DNA of 64,000 bases from Monosiga brevicollis MX1 (GCF_000002865.3 NW_001865048.1:397757-461756); one strand, 5' to 3'. Counted from the first letter of the stretch, positions 37,007 to 50,433 are shown. The notes: generated by a model from the sequence alone, not told the origin. Translations and numbers: made by a program.

Positions 37007-37233
37007 ACCACCTTCAGTTTACAAGCAGGAAGGCACTCAACTAACGAAATGAAGATATTATTCTCCTCTATTTGATATGTACAAGGCTCAAGTGAGCAGC
37101 TCGTCTGGAACTTAAGCATCGACCGATTTCTCTGCTAGCTGGTGCTCCCATTCGCGTTCTCCTTTCTCTTCTGCTCTTTCGTTTGCAATTTTCTCTTTCT
37201 CTGGATTTGAAGTTTATCGTATGATGACTAAAC

Positions 37234-38680
37234 CTAAGACATTGCCCCGGTACCGCCCAAGCGCTGCAGGCGGCGTTGACGCAGGGTGTACAAGGCGTCT
37301 CCATTTGCCTCTGGAGTGGCGGTGGCTGGTGGCGTGGAGGTAGCTCCAGGCGAGCGAAATCCCGTTGGTTGTCGCACCTCTACACCATCAGCGAGAAGAC
37401 GTCCAAAAACAGGTTTTCAGAAATAAGGGTGTGTGGCGATTGCATATGCACAGAGGCCGATTGACCTACGCGTGAACCGGGCTCGGGGATGGTATGAATG
37501 GGTATGTTCCCCTTCAGCAGGTAGGAGCCAGTCCTCAGCACCAAGAAAAATGGTGCGACCCGAAGCTAAAAGACCGCCAAACCAGCCACGTGTGTAGGCC
37601 AAGCCCATGGCAATGCCACAAAGATGCGAGAGGAACGAGATGCGTGTGGGCGAGATGATTTGAATCAGTCCCAGCTCAATCCAGTAAGCCCATCGGGTGG
37701 GCACGCGGAATCCCATCACGCTTGACGTTGCTGATGGGGGCTCCGAGTCTTGTAAAACCACCTACAGAGTATCCGCGCCTTGCCTGAGCTGGTACACCCC
37801 TCAGACAGGGCAAAAGTGCTCCAGAGATGCAGAACTCTGGTTTGCAAAGCGGTGGGTCAGGACTGGTGCCCTGCAAACTCGCAAAGCTGACCTTCAAAGC
37901 AAACAGCACACCGGAAAAGCCGACGCTGCAGCTCACGTAAGAATCGTAAAAGCCAGCCAAATGAAGAAGGTAGGCCAGACCTGTGATACCAACAGTAACA
38001 CCGACATTAGCAACAACCAGTGGGCAGCGGAGAAGATGTTGGTGACTCTCGCACCTGTGTGCAGCATGTTCCCTCCCACTCCAAAGAGAGCAGTGAGCAT
38101 GAGCATGCGTTCCGTGCCCAAGCGGGGCTCTAATTTGCGTCCTGCAAAAAACACGTCGCGGGTTGAGCAGGTCAAGGTCGAGGTCCAAGGTCCCCAGCAG
38201 CTATCAGAACCTGTCCTCTGGACCCCCTTCAGTGTCAACAGATCCGAGCATCCGCCGACATTGCAGACCACCAACCTTTGTAAAGAAGCGAGACCATGTT
38301 GTAATAGAGGTGGTAGCTGCTTGTGTGAAGTATTACGGGCCAAAACAGGCGCAGCCAGGCCTGCCCTTCCTGTGTGCGCGGGGTGATACGTGTGTTGGTT
38401 GAGATGCGCATCGGCCACGGGTGCTCTTGTCACGGTTGGCATTGTGACGGTGCCTTGGGCGTACCACGATGGCAGCAGGTAGCAGGCAGCTGGCTTGAAT
38501 GGGAGGCGGGTATATGCCCAGCGGTGCCAGAAGATCGAGATGAACGACCGTGTTGAGGCCAAACAGAAAGAGCGTGGCTGGTGGAATGTTCTCAATCCCA
38601 ATCTGCATCACTTGCCCAGCCAACAGCAGCAGCGCCAAATTGTCGTTACCGCGCCGACGGGCGCGAAATGGTCCCACCAT
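37234..38680 (-). CDS. RHBDD1: Rhomboid intramembrane protease, RHBDD1/RHBDL4-like (multi-exon)
   Basis: LLLLAGQVMQIGIENIPPATL, GRKLEPRLG, catalytic VGFSGVLFALKV, WIEL...ISFLSHLCGI (catalytic His), and C-terminal LRQRRLQRL resembling the p97-binding VBM. Confidence 0.9.
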
Positions 38681-38754
38681 CTCGCCACTGGCTCCGCCCA
38701 GCCCAGCCCAACCGACAGCTGAGAAGGATATAAGAAGTTAAAAAGCAGGCTGAC

Positions 38755-38897
38755 GCGAGAGAGAGCGAGAGAGAGAGAGAGAGAGAGAAAGAAGAGAGCG
38801 CGCACGCGAGAGAGAGAGAAAGAGAGAGAGAAGAGCGAGCGCATGCGAGAGAGAGAGACAGAGAGAGAGAAAGAAGAGAGGGCGCATGAAAGAGAGA
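38755..38897. repeat. Imperfect (GA)n tract upstream of the rhomboid gene
   Basis: Seen directly. Confidence 0.88.
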
Positions 38898-39223
38898 GCC
38901 GAGGTCTGGAAAATGGAGCCCTTGTTTCTTCATTATTTTGCTTACATGAATGTTGCTTCATTTTGATGTCACAAAAATATCGTTTCAGAAGATTCCACGT
39001 CAGCAAGGACAACGATCTCGTCGACCACGTCAGACTATGGAGGAAGGGGCAGCCGGAGGCACTGGGAGGGAGGAGTATGGGTCGATTGGTGGATAAATCT
39101 TGTACGCGCTGTCCTGAGCGCAACACAAGCACAACCTGGCCACAAACGAAACAAGGACAAGGCCATTCTTCTTGCTGTGAAAGCCCGGCCGCCTTTTCAA
39201 CCAGGTCGTTACAACCGCTGACT

Positions 39224-39409
39224 CTAATCAATCTTGAGGTTCTTATATATCCTGTACACAAACGTTGAGCTGCCCATAAAGCCCAGCGTACCTACAAGAT
39301 GAGTCAGCAAAAGAGGAGGTGACAATTGCAGGATTGTAAGTGAGGTACATATCATCAAAGAACAGGAACAGATATAAGATAAAACACAAGCACAGAGACA
39401 GAGACAGAG

Positions 39410-39446
<37 letters not shown>

Positions 39447-42007
39447 CAGAGACAGACACACAGACACACGCACAGACAGGGATACACAATCAGTGGAGAC
39501 ACCCGTAGCTGGCAGGCGGGACGGCTGACGAACCGCAGATGATGCCTAGAGCAACGGCAAACAGGGCCATGTAGGAAAAGTAGAATGTGGTTTGGAAAAT
39601 GCCGGACATTTTCGTCTTCAAAAAGTAATAGTAAAAAGCGTAGAGGTAGACATAGAGGCTGATGGAGGCACCGCACAAAAATGATGTCCAGTGCCACCGA
39701 TGATCCTGTTTGGTACGAGGCGCAGGCCAAAATGGAGTGAGTGGGCATAGGGGCCCAGCACCGTGCATTGGCTGGTTGCGCCCGCTTCCAGTGAAACACC
39801 CACCTCGGCATTGAGCGTAAAGTAGGTGCAGACGACAGTCACGCAGACCGTGACGACGGCCAGAATGAGGAAGACCAGAAGCATAAAGCCATATACGTAG
39901 TAGATCTTGTAGGCCCAAAAGGAGGTAAAGATGAAGTACATCTCGATGAAGATAGAGCCAAAGGGCAGCACGCCACCCATGAGTGTGATGAGCCAGCTCT
40001 CCGTGTACCTGTGAGGAAGACCAAGGCCATGTGTTTGTGAGAAGCGGCATGTACGTGGCCATCGAGGATTGTGGCAGGTTACAATTTAAACCAAAATAAA
40101 TAAATAAATACTACTTTTTTTTTTAAAAAAAAAAAAAAAAAAAAAGGATAAACGCACCATTTCTTCTCTGGGATGGGGCGAGGAACGGGGTTGACACGGC
40201 AGGGGGGATCACTTTTGCCGGCAAAGTTGCGGCCGAGCACTGCGCCCACCAAAGTCAGGGGCAGCACCACAAACAGCCAAATACAAACGATGATCACCTG
40301 GTAGCAGCCCCAGTCGAGTGTGGTGAGGCGAAAGCGTATGCATCAACAATGGGGGGCGCAAGGCGGGTTTGAGGGAACGACAGAAAAACGTGTCCGGCCT
40401 GACCATGGTCATAAAGGGAATGGCACGGGAGGCGCTGTAAGACATGGCGACAAAGTTGACGAGAAAGACGGTGGCGCTGACGGTAAGGGGCAAGAGGGTG
40501 GCGGTGAAGGCCATCTGCTTGAGCCACTGCTGCCCGCCATAGCGAGCGTAAAGGCTGCCACCAAAGTAGCCGCTGACCGGCGAGGTGGCAGCATACACAA
40601 AAATGCCCGTGGTCAGGACCGAGCCGCGGCCCGTATACAAGTCGCCCATGATGACAAAGAGGATAACACAGAGGGCCACAAAGCAAAGCTGGGCGCCCGT
40701 GCCTACAAGGGCGGTAAAGAGCACTGGGTTGGTTGGCGGCCGGAACACGTCGCCGTGCACCTGCTTCCAGCCATACTCGTCACCCAGATCACGTTCCTAC
40801 ATTGGCAAAAGTCAAGTGTGGGCCAGATGGTCAAAGAAACGGCCGGCGTGCTTCAGGGTCGAGCCAGCGTCTCCGATTCTTATCCGAGTCGGAAACTGAG
40901 AGAGCGCGTGGGTGGGGACAAACTGACCAGGTCATCGAGGTCGTCGTCCTTTTGGTAGCGAGCAAAATCTTTGCGAAGGGTGCGCATGAGGATCATGGCC
41001 ACCAGGCCCACGAGGAACACCACCATCATGAAGGAATTAAAGATGGAGAACCAGTGGATCTGCAAATGTCAGGGTGCAGTGAGCATGAGCAGAGGGTCTA
41101 GATGACAGCAGGGAGACAAAGCACAAGAACAAGCAGGGCACCCGGGGCTGAGATTGGATTGGACGTACGCGGTGTTGGAAAAAGTGGGGGTCAAGGTACT
41201 TCTCAAAGCGGGTTTCAAACTCCATGTCCGACTGGTGAAAGTTGACTTGGTAGCTAAAGTGGAGCGTGATGCCGGGCTGAAGCAGGACGCGACGACCGGT
41301 GGTGACGTTGACATCGACAATGCGGTTGCCATTGTAGCCAATGTCGAAGCGCTTATGAGTCCAGATGTAGCGTTCGTCGGACACCTTCTCATTATCGTCG
41401 TGTCCCTTGCCGAAATCACCAACGAGAGCCCACATGGGGAGGTCATCAATGTACATTTGATACCAATAGTGGTGGCGAACGGCGTAGGAGAAGGCCCGAA
41501 ACTTTTTGTCCGAGAGCTCGACCGAGCAGTACTCTGTGACGGGGGTGTCTGTCTGGAAGCGAATATCAAGGCCGCTAAAGGCGAGGGAAACGCCCTGCAG
41601 GTTCTCGCCAAGGCTTTCGTGATGGTGGGAGATTGCCTTCTTGGGGCCTCGGCAATAGGGAAGGGCAAAAAAGGGGTATGTTTCTTGGCGATTGTGGTAT
41701 GGGCCCACAGTGTTCATCCACAGCACCACCTCTTCGCCCTTGTCATACTGCAACGTGGACAAGCGCGCGGCGGTGGTCAGCGAGGACAGTTGTGTGGGTC
41801 AGGGGTTGCGCAGTCCACTGGTAGCCCGGATCCAAGAGGCTCTCTGGCCAGACATTGCCGAGAGGACGGGGTGCAGAACAAAGCAACAGAAGGCGCATAG
41901 CAGGTGCCATGGGAACAGACCTTGTGATCGTGCTCATCACCGCGTACCGCGGCGGGCAACGCAACCAAGGCCACGCAAAGGAGGCCAAGGCCAAGCAGCA
42001 GCTTCAT
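39224..42007 (-). CDS. TM9SF3: Transmembrane 9 superfamily member 3 (multi-exon)
   Basis: Signal peptide plus [74 protein letters not shown], and C-terminal IYKNLKID*. Confidence 0.97.
39394..39455. repeat. Hexanucleotide (GAGCCA/GAGACA)n repeat in a TM9SF3 intron
   Basis: Seen directly. Confidence 0.9.
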
Positions 42008-42413
42008 GGTGATCTGCCAGGCACGGATTGGATCGTCAAAGAAAGTTTAGCGCAGTGCCTGTCGGGCAAATCACGAATGGGTCTGCTGGAGGCCGCAAAC
42101 TGTGGTACAAAGCCGCTGGTGTCGAGACTGACCGGGGCGTGGAAAAATCTGTTCTCGTTGTCGGCCCGTTGGGGTCTCTCAACGACCCCCTGCTTGGGCA
42201 AGCCCGGGGCACCGGGTGAGATTGGCTCAAGACCAGCCAGCCAAAGAGGCTTTCAGACGCGGCGTCGCAAAGTTGCCTCCCTGCAAACAATAAGCGTCCC
42301 GGCCTGGATCTGCAGCAACACAGTCCAGTCCACCTGTGTGCCGTGCAAATGAATGCAGTGGCCCCAGCCAACAAAATCAAAAAAAAGGGAGAAAAGATTT
42401 TTTCGTTTTGTGT

Positions 42414-42442
42414 GAGAGAAAGAGACAGAGAGAGAGAAAGAA

Positions 42443-42515
<73 letters not shown>

Positions 42516-42653
42516 AAGAGAGAAAGAGAGAAAGAGAACAGATACAGAGAATAGAGACACAGATGAACTGGCGACACACAGAGAGACAGACAGAGAGACA
42601 GAGAGTACTAGAGAGAAGAAAGAGAGACATAGACAGAGACAGAGACAGAGAGA
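42414..42653. repeat. (GA)n-rich tract
   Basis: Long imperfect GA/GACA run between TM9SF3 and importin alpha. Confidence 0.92.
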
Positions 42654-43387
42654 CGAATTGCGTTTTACTCTTACTCTCTATGAGTGTGGTCGGTGCGCAG
42701 AAAAAAAGAAATACGTGGGGCCCGATCGGCCGAGCTAATAGATTTGGCAGGTACGTTGGGCGTGGCGGTCAGATTGACCGGCGCAAACCGTCCTTAGCAC
42801 TCGTGAGCCCGGTCCGGGACCTAAGGGAAGTGCGGTGGTGGCGATCAGCCAGTCATTCTGGACCGGCTTGCAAGCAGTGAGTGTCTTCTGCAACGGAAAA
42901 CCGGCTGAACGGGATGATCATGACAGCTGGTAGCGGGCAAGCAGCAAAGCTGTTCGCCTTGCTGGTGAAGCTGTATAGTTTTAGTTTTGTTTTTGTGGCT
43001 TCCAATCCTTCAAAACTATCGCCTCCCTGCCACAGCTATTCCACAAGCCAAAAAGAGAGCTAAAAATTTTGTCTGACAGTTGTGCGCAGAGCCATAGTCA
43101 CGTCGGAACACGTTGTGCCTGATTATGAGAGGTTGTGTGTGTGTGTGTGTGTGAGCGGGCTGATCTCACTGGCCCTCACGCCGTGGCGACTGGGGGGGAG
43201 AGCGCTGTACAGGGTTATACAAATGCATTTCTGGTTGGGATTGTGCGGAAGGTGGGGCAGAGACAGGTCCGGCTGCCATCGCCTTGGTCAGCCGTCATCG
43301 CCTTTGAATCACCGCAATCCCCAAGCCTTGACTTGACACCTTTCAACAAAGGAAACGCCAAAAATCTCACCAAGAAATTTGAATTTT

Positions 43388-43498
<111 letters not shown>

Positions 43499-43822
43499 GT
43501 TTTCTTCGCATTCGCAAGAACACAAAGAATCGGTCAGGTACATGTGAACCCTTGGTCGTCGCGTCCCGGCCTCGTTGTCGGCGGCGGTGTTGTTGTTTTG
43601 GGCGCAGGCGTGTTGCAGGCGAGTGGTATTGGGCAGGCAGCAGGGAGCTCGCGTGCATGGCTCTGGTTGCATTCTTGCGGAGAATAGAATGCTTGCAACT
43701 TCTTGCTTGTGTCCGACACAATGCCGACGCCTCTCGTCACCCTGCTCGTGAGACGCACGCATGAGACTCACGCATGCGTGCCTTGCCTGCTTTTGTTTCT
43801 GCAGACCTGTTACACCGTCAAC

Positions 43823-45336
43823 ATGGCGGACCGTATGACACAGTACAAGTTCAAGGGCCGTGACACGGAGACCATGCGCGGCAAACGGCGCGACTTTGCC
43901 GTGAGCCTCCGCAAGGACAAGCGCAAGGAAAAGGTGCGTGCGCCAAAGATTCCCCGTTCCGCCACCCGCCTCAAGCCTTTCTTCCACTCTCACGTACTTG
44001 CGTGCGCTTGCGTGTACCCTCCTCCTGCCTTCGCCACATCTCAAACAGCATGACAAGCGCCGAGACATGAGTGGTACGTCGTCTGGTTCACCGCCCTTGC
44101 CATGTCTTGGTCTTAAAAAACATAAAAAATCAAATATACTTTCTTATGAGTCTCTAGAGGCACGCCGGCTCTACAAACATGCATGTCGCTTGCTCATATG
44201 CCCAATGCACTCGCAATCCTGTCTTTACTGCGCCCCCCCCCCCCAGAGCTGCGTGAGGAGGCCCGTGCTTTTATCCAGTTTGATGCCGATGGCCAGGCCA
44301 TCGCTGCCCTGCGCCCCAAGATTGAGAATGACGCCGACCCTGCCACACAAATGGAGGCCCTGGTCCAGCTGCGTCGCCTTCTCGCTGCCCCCAAGGAACT
44401 GCCCATCCAGGCCACCCTGGAAAGTGGTGTCATTGGCAAGCTGGTCCAGCTCCTGGGTCACCAGAACTCGGACGTTCAATACGAAACTGCATGGATCTTG
44501 ACGAACATCTCCTCTGGCAAGCCCCACCAGACAGCTGCCGTTGTCGAGGCCCAGGCCATTATCCCCTTGTGCCACTTGCTCAGCTCACCCCACGGCAAAG
44601 TCAAGGACCAGGCCTGCTGGTGCCTTGGAAACATTGCTGGTGATGGCGCCATGCTTCGCGATACCCTCATCCAAGTGGGAGCGCTTGAGCGTTTCTTGCA
44701 AATGTTGTGCGAGGAGCAAGACCTGGACCTCCTGCGCAACGTGTCATGGACCGTCTCCAACTTTTTCCGGTGGAAAAACCCCCCAGCACCCTTTGAGAAG
44801 ATGAGCATGAGCCTCGAGGTCCTCCGCAACTGTCTCAGTGAAGACCCCGAAGTCCTCTCCAACGTTTGCTGGGCCATTTGCTACATTGCTGAATCGGGCG
44901 AAGAGCTGCTGGATACCATTCTCAAAACCTACGGTGCTTACTTTATGTCCCTTCTCAGCCTGCCTTCCCACGATGCTCAGGTAAGCGTGAATCAGCGAAG
45001 CACGCGGCTGTGGCCGCTGATTGTATTGAGATGGACAGCTGTCCCACCGGCTGTACCTTGGTGCAATCGGCTGGCTCCGCATCGCATCATCTCCCTTGCT
45101 CATCGGCTTCTCTCTGTGGTTGATGGCACCAGCTGCCTGCCATCCGTACTCTCGGTAGCATCACCGCTGGTTCGGACTCACAGACAGAGGGTGTTATCGC
45201 CCTTGGTTTGCTTGATGTCCTGCCACGGCTCATGACGGTGGAGAAGACACACGTGCGCAAAGACGTGAGTTTTCGCTTGGTTTGCCTGCTCTCCTTTCTC
45301 TTGCGGTTCGACTTGGACTCACGGTCGTTGGGTTGA

Positions 45337-45393
<57 letters not shown>

Positions 45394-46288
45394 TTGTTCT
45401 TCAAGGCATGCTGGACGCTGTCCAACATCTGCGCTGGTACCCCTGAGCAGATCTCCACAGGTGAGGGCTCGACATCATTTCCGTTTATCGCGCTTGGCGT
45501 CGGCTCATGAGCGTTGGACACAACACCCGTAGTATTGTCTTTGAACTTGGCACAGGCGCTGGTCGAGCGCTGCTTTGACTCGGTAAGCTGGTCATTTGCA
45601 AAACGGCATGTTCATTGCTATCTGTGCTCTCACCCACGCATCTTCTCATATGATGTCTGGGATGTGGCTGGTTATAGCACGAGGTGATGAAGGTCAAGAT
45701 CGATGCGGCCTGGTCGTTGTGCAACGTCATCTCGCAAGGTCTTGATGCCCATGCCGAATATGTCATTGACAACCATGGCATTCCCGCCATCCTTTGCGTT
45801 TTGTCCGTCGAAATGGTACGTGGCGACAGGCGGTGTGGCTTGAAAAGGGTCTTACCGTTGCTCTGCCTGTATTGGGCTCGTCTGATCTCTCATGATGCAT
45901 CTTTCCAGGCGGATACACGCGGTATCGTGGTGTTTTTGGATGCTCTCCAACGCGCTCTGACGCTTGAGTCACGTGCGGAGTTTGTCAAGGAAATCCTCGA
46001 CGAGCACGAATGTAAGTTATTCATTCTCAGACCTTGACTCGTCCCCGCCAGCACTTGTGCAAGCCGGGCTCAACCTTGCCCCATCGTGGTTTGCTATTCG
46101 TAGTCGAGGCCATGTTAATAGCTCTTTTGGATCACGATAACTACGAGGTGCACAGCCGGGCCGAAAGTTTGGCCGCATTCTTCAACGCGGATACTGAGAT
46201 TGAAACCCTGGCTCCAACGACCAACGAGGCAGGCCAGTTTGCCTTCCCTCAAACGAAGATGTCTGGCGACGCTGCCTTCAACTTTTAA
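43823..46288 (+). CDS. KPNA: Importin subunit alpha (multi-exon)
   Basis: IBB domain MADRMTQYKFKGRDTETMRGKRRDFAVSLRKDKR...KRR. ARM repeats QYETAWILTNISSG, DQACWCLGNIAGDG, RNVSWTVSN, CWAICYI, KDACWTLSNICAG and DAAWSLCN. Ends AFNF*. Confidence 0.95.
45337..45393. repeat. (ATT)n microsatellite in an importin alpha intron
   Basis: Perfect ATT run. Confidence 0.97.
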
Positions 46289-46807
46289 TTTTGCTGCCTG
46301 CACAGCACTCTTGTTTCTTCTCCTCGTGACTCTTCGGCCTACCCTCTGGCCTCTTTTTTTCCCTTGGCGTGTTTGCTTTGCGTGTTGCACTGTCTGCGGG
46401 ACATGGTGCGACTAATACGCCATCGCTCTCGCGATGTCGCTGGCGCACACTGATTGTGGATGCCGGTGCCGCACTTTTTGTCATGTGCTGTCACCACTGG
46501 CTTTCGTCTGCGCTCTCCACCGTGCCTTCCTGCCTCTGTTCTCGCGCCGGCCACGTTGCCCGCCCTGCTGCATGAATCGATAATCAAGACGTGCTCGACA
46601 CCAAGCTCTCACATTTGAATACTAGTCCTGGCCTTGACCTTTTTTTTTTTTTTTTTCTTCTTGTCTTTACTCGTTTGCTCCTCATCACACAAATTTTTTT
46701 CTTCAACCTCTTCTTTTGTGTAGAACATCCTCGTCTCTCTTCTCTTCTTGTCTTCTTGTCTCACTTTTGGCGGTAGGCCAGGTGTTGCCGTTACGAGGAC
46801 CGCCGCC

Positions 46808-48159
46808 ATGTTCCGCGATTGGGCTACCGAGCGCTTGGCTGGCCTTGGGTTTGACGATGAGGATTTGATCACATACATTGTTGACATGATCCAAGACCAA
46901 GGTACAGACTGCCCCATGTCGAGTCGGTCACACGCAAATGGTTTCGCACACGTGTTCATGCACACCTGGCTTGGTTGGCTTTGCTCAGATGAAGACGCCG
47001 ATCAAGAAGAGCTGCGCGAGGCTTTGGTCCCCTTTCTGTGCCAAGAAATCGTGGGTTGCTTCTTTTGCCTTTGTTGCATCGGCTTTTGACCGGCAAATGT
47101 CGAGGCTTGCTGACACTTGGCTCGCACAGGAGGATGAGGACCAGGCGACCGAGGTGGCGATTGAGCTGCTGACTCGCTGGCAAACGACCGGGCGTGCTGA
47201 AGCTTCCGCTGCTGCGGAAGCCGCCGCCAATGAAGCTGACGGAACTGGCGCTAGCGCTCTTCTCGGTAGGTCTGAGGCATGTCGAATTCTGGCTTCAGGC
47301 ACTGGTTCATGGCCTCTCACCACCCGCTCCCAATCGGCACCCCATGGACCAGAAATTGCCAACGCTTATCAAGCCAAGCTGCAGCTGCAGCACGCTGAGC
47401 TTGAAAAGCAGCGCGAGGAGGATCGGGAGCGCAAAGGTGAGACTTCAAAGGGTTGGCACATGGGGTCACATCTCTGGCTGACCTTTTCCCCTTCGCGCCC
47501 TCAGCTCTGGCGGAGGAGGAAAAACTCCGTGTGTTACAAGCGGAGGCAGAGAGTGAAGATGAGAGTGGGGGTGGGGCAGTCCCCGATGGAGCCCCGGATG
47601 ACTTTACGCGTACGTACGAGCTCCCCTGGCTCCCAGGGGCATGTTCATTGCGAAAGCTGAAAGGAGAGAAACCCTCATTCTCGTTCCTCTCCAGCTCGGC
47701 CCGTCAGCGGCAAAAAAATGAAGAAGCAGCGAAAGGCCGCTTCAGCCGCTGAGTTGGCGGGTACGTGTCCTGCCTGAGGGCATTTACGAACCCTCGGTCC
47801 AGGACATGCTGCCGCTGTCACTGGCTGGACTTGACCAAGCCCGACGACTCACGACCACCGACGTTGTTAGTTGGCTTTGAAAACGACAATCATCAACGTG
47901 TGCAGCAGAAGTTGCAAGCCAAGAAGGAACAAGCCCGTGATGCGGCGCGCGCCAAGGTCCGAGCCGTATTACCAAGCTAACGCGCTGCCACTAGTGCCGG
48001 CGCGTGTCCAGGTCAAGCAAGGTCTCAGCCGTGGCCCTGTGCAACCCGTTTGTTTAGGCTGAGCGTGATAAGCAAGATCTGGCTGCAGATCGCAACAAAA
48101 AGGCCGAGGCCAAGGAAGCTCGAAGGCAAAAGGCGCAAAAGGGCGAGCGGCGCCGCTGA
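46808..48159 (+). CDS. CCDC43: CCDC43-like protein (PWI-like N-terminus plus coiled coil; multi-exon)
   Basis: MFRDWATERLAGLGFDDEDLITYIVDMI...ELLTRW, FENDNHQRV, and C-terminus RRQKAQKGERRR*, as I recall for CCDC43. Confidence 0.8.
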
Positions 48160-48379
48160 GGACCCCATCCATGTTCCCCGTCGTCCCCCCTCGCAGATCT
48201 GCGCTGCGCGCACCCTACTTTTACGGAGACCATACGCAAGCTGGAGTTTTCTCTTGCGGGCAAGGGATACCGCGTCTGCAGCGAAAATACTATCAACTCG
48301 ATTTCTTGGCTAAGGTCATTTGGTCTCTCTCGACAAGCGCATACTTCAACTGTCGGCTGTCGAGGCATATCCACTACTG

Positions 48380-49546
48380 TTAGTATATGGCATACAAATA
48401 GCCATCCCAACTGGCAACGTAGACGACATCACCCATGGGGCTTGCAGCCGGATGACTGAAAAGCTGGTCGCCAGTCGGGAATATGTAGCGGAGTTGGCCC
48501 GTGGTGGCGTTGATGGCGTACAACAGCCCGTCTCCGCCACCAAAGTAAAACGTACCAGAATCCCAGAGCGTAGCGGCGTAGTTTGCATAAGCGGATCGGC
48601 TTTCTGCAGAGAAGTTCCAATGCACGTTGCCGGCCGGGTGAATGCTGAGCACTTCCCCATTGTCCGTCACCACGAAAATCTGGCCTTCGGGGTTCGTGTT
48701 CAAGGAGTGAAAATTGGCGTTGCCGTACGTATGGGCCATGTGCAGCGTACCATTGGGGCGCAGCTCAAGAAGTTCAGCAGCCGCGCTCACTACAACGCGA
48801 TAGGCGTCGGACCCTCTGGTCGAAATGGTCATCGGCGGGGTATAAATGGTTGACAAGTTTGTGTCATACGTCCAGGCGCGAGTCCCGTTGGCTCCCTCAA
48901 AGGCATGTACGGTCCCTGAGCGATCTACAACAATATAGCGTCCATCAGGTGCTACCACACCACTGTGGTACACGGGACCAGTGATGTTGCTGCGCCAGCG
49001 CTCAGTTCCGTTGACATGCAGGGCGTACACGGTGCCAATTTCGGAATTGAAAAAGACGGTGTCTTGAGCCGTGTTGATCACAATACCAGACCGGACGGGG
49101 ACGCCGCCAGTGTCAAACATCCAGTTAACGTGGCCTGCATGATCCAGAGCATATACCCTTCCAGAGTCTGTGCCCAATAGCAAGTTTTTGTTGTCCATCA
49201 TGACCACTGCGCCATAGCTGGGGCTCTCCAGCCGAAGCCGCCAGCGGACATGTCCGATGGCAGAGAGGGCAAGCACGCTGCCATCGAGCAGAGCCAGGTA
49301 GAGGACACCATCGGCATCCACGACCAGGTTGGAATAGGTGCGATCACCCAGGTTGATGCGCCAGCTGCGCTGAAGCCAACCGTCCTGGCTGGCTTGAGGA
49401 AAGTCGAGCGTTGCGTTCAGATCGTCAATTCGTCGAGCGAGGTCCAAGATGTCGTAATCACCAACGTACACACGCCCACCCTCTGCCGCATCCAGGCGCA
49501 AGTTACCCTCCTGATCAGTCCAAATGCTCGTGCATCCAGATCCGCC
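48380..49546 (-). CDS. PQQ/BamB-like beta-propeller repeat protein; 5' end lost in the N gap
   Basis: Uninterrupted 389-codon frame with about eight repeats of 'G.vYAl...G...W.f.t' (GRVYALDHAGHVNWMFDTG, GLLYAINATTGQLRYIFPTG, VASWDGYLYAIY*), preceded by a short coiled coil. Confidence 0.88.
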   Translation of the reverse strand, partial: GGSGCTSIWTDQEGNLRLDAAEGGRVYVGDYDILDLARRIDDLNATLDFPQASQDGWLQRSWRINLGDRTYSNLVVDADGVLYLALLDGSVLALSAIGHVRWRLRLESPSYGAVVMMDNKNLLLGTDSGRVYALDHAGHVNWMFDTGGVPVRSGIVINTAQDTVFFNSEIGTVYALHVNGTERWRSNITGPVYHSGVVAPDGRYIVVDRSGTVHAFEGANGTRAWTYDTNLSTIYTPPMTISTRGSDAYRVVVSAAAELLELRPNGTLHMAHTYGNANFHSLNTNPEGQIFVVTDNGEVLSIHPAGNVHWNFSAESRSAYANYAATLWDSGTFYFGGGDGLLYAINATTGQLRYIFPTGDQLFSHPAASPMGDVVYVASWDGYLYAIY

Positions 49547-49947
49547 NNNNNNNNNNNNNNNNNNNNNNNNNNNNNNNNNNNNNNNNNNNNNNNNNNNNNN
49601 NNNNNNNNNNNNNNNNNNNNNNNNNNNNNNNNNNNNNNNNNNNNNNNNNNNNNNNNNNNNNNNNNNNNNNNNNNNNNNNNNNNNNNNNNNNNNNNNNNNN
49701 NNNNNNNNNNNNNNNNNNNNNNNNNNNNNNNNNNNNNNNNNNNNNNNNNNNNNNNNNNNNNNNNNNNNNNNNNNNNNNNNNNNNNNNNNNNNNNNNNNNN
49801 NNNNNNNNNNNNNNNNNNNNNNNNNNNNNNNNNNNNNNNNNNNNNNNNNNNNNNNNNNNNNNNNNNNNNNNNNNNNNNNNNNNNNNNNNNNNNNNNNNNN
49901 NNNNNNNNNNNNNNNNNNNNNNNNNNNNNNNNNNNNNNNNNNNNNNN
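49547..49947. other. Assembly gap (N run)
   Basis: Run of N. Confidence 0.99.
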
Positions 49948-50265
49948 TCTCTTTCGCTCTCTCTCTCTCTCTCACACACACAGACACACATTTCAGTTTA
50001 AAGTTCGGCATCGGCATCGGGATTGGCAGTGGCACTGGATCGGCATCATGACGGCTCGTGTATGTGCCTCGCTGATGTTTGCTTGATGACTCTGATCGCC
50101 TGTGTTTGTGTGCAGCGGCGGCTTATCATGGTCCTCTCATGGCGCATGTTTGTTTTTAGCGAGGCTTTCCTCCGGGCTACAACATGTCCTGGTTCTGCAT
50201 CCACAGCATGATGCCATTGCCTCAAGGCTGCGCCGAATGTGGTGTACGTTCCAGCTCATGGCCAG

Positions 50266-50302
<37 letters not shown>

Positions 50303-50433
50303 GGGCTGGCACCTCGTCCCAACACAGCCTTGCGCCTCGCCCGTGCCGCGGGCTGCAATCCTCTCTGCTCACCACATAACACACGCCCACAACCTATGCC
50401 CCTTCGGCCTTGATCATTCAACCCCGCCTGTAG

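Noticed and set aside
42030..43380. Possible structured ncRNA (hairpin ggggtc...gacccc near 42171-42189; imperfect stem gggattgtgcgg...ccgcaatccc near 43237-43321)
   Set aside because: I found no diagnostic SRP, RNase P/MRP, snRNA or tRNA motif by eye, and short stems are expected in GC-rich DNA. An Rfam scan would settle it.
49250..50086. ORFs spanning the N gap (also at 12663-13332)
   Set aside because: They stay open only because N codons contain no stops.
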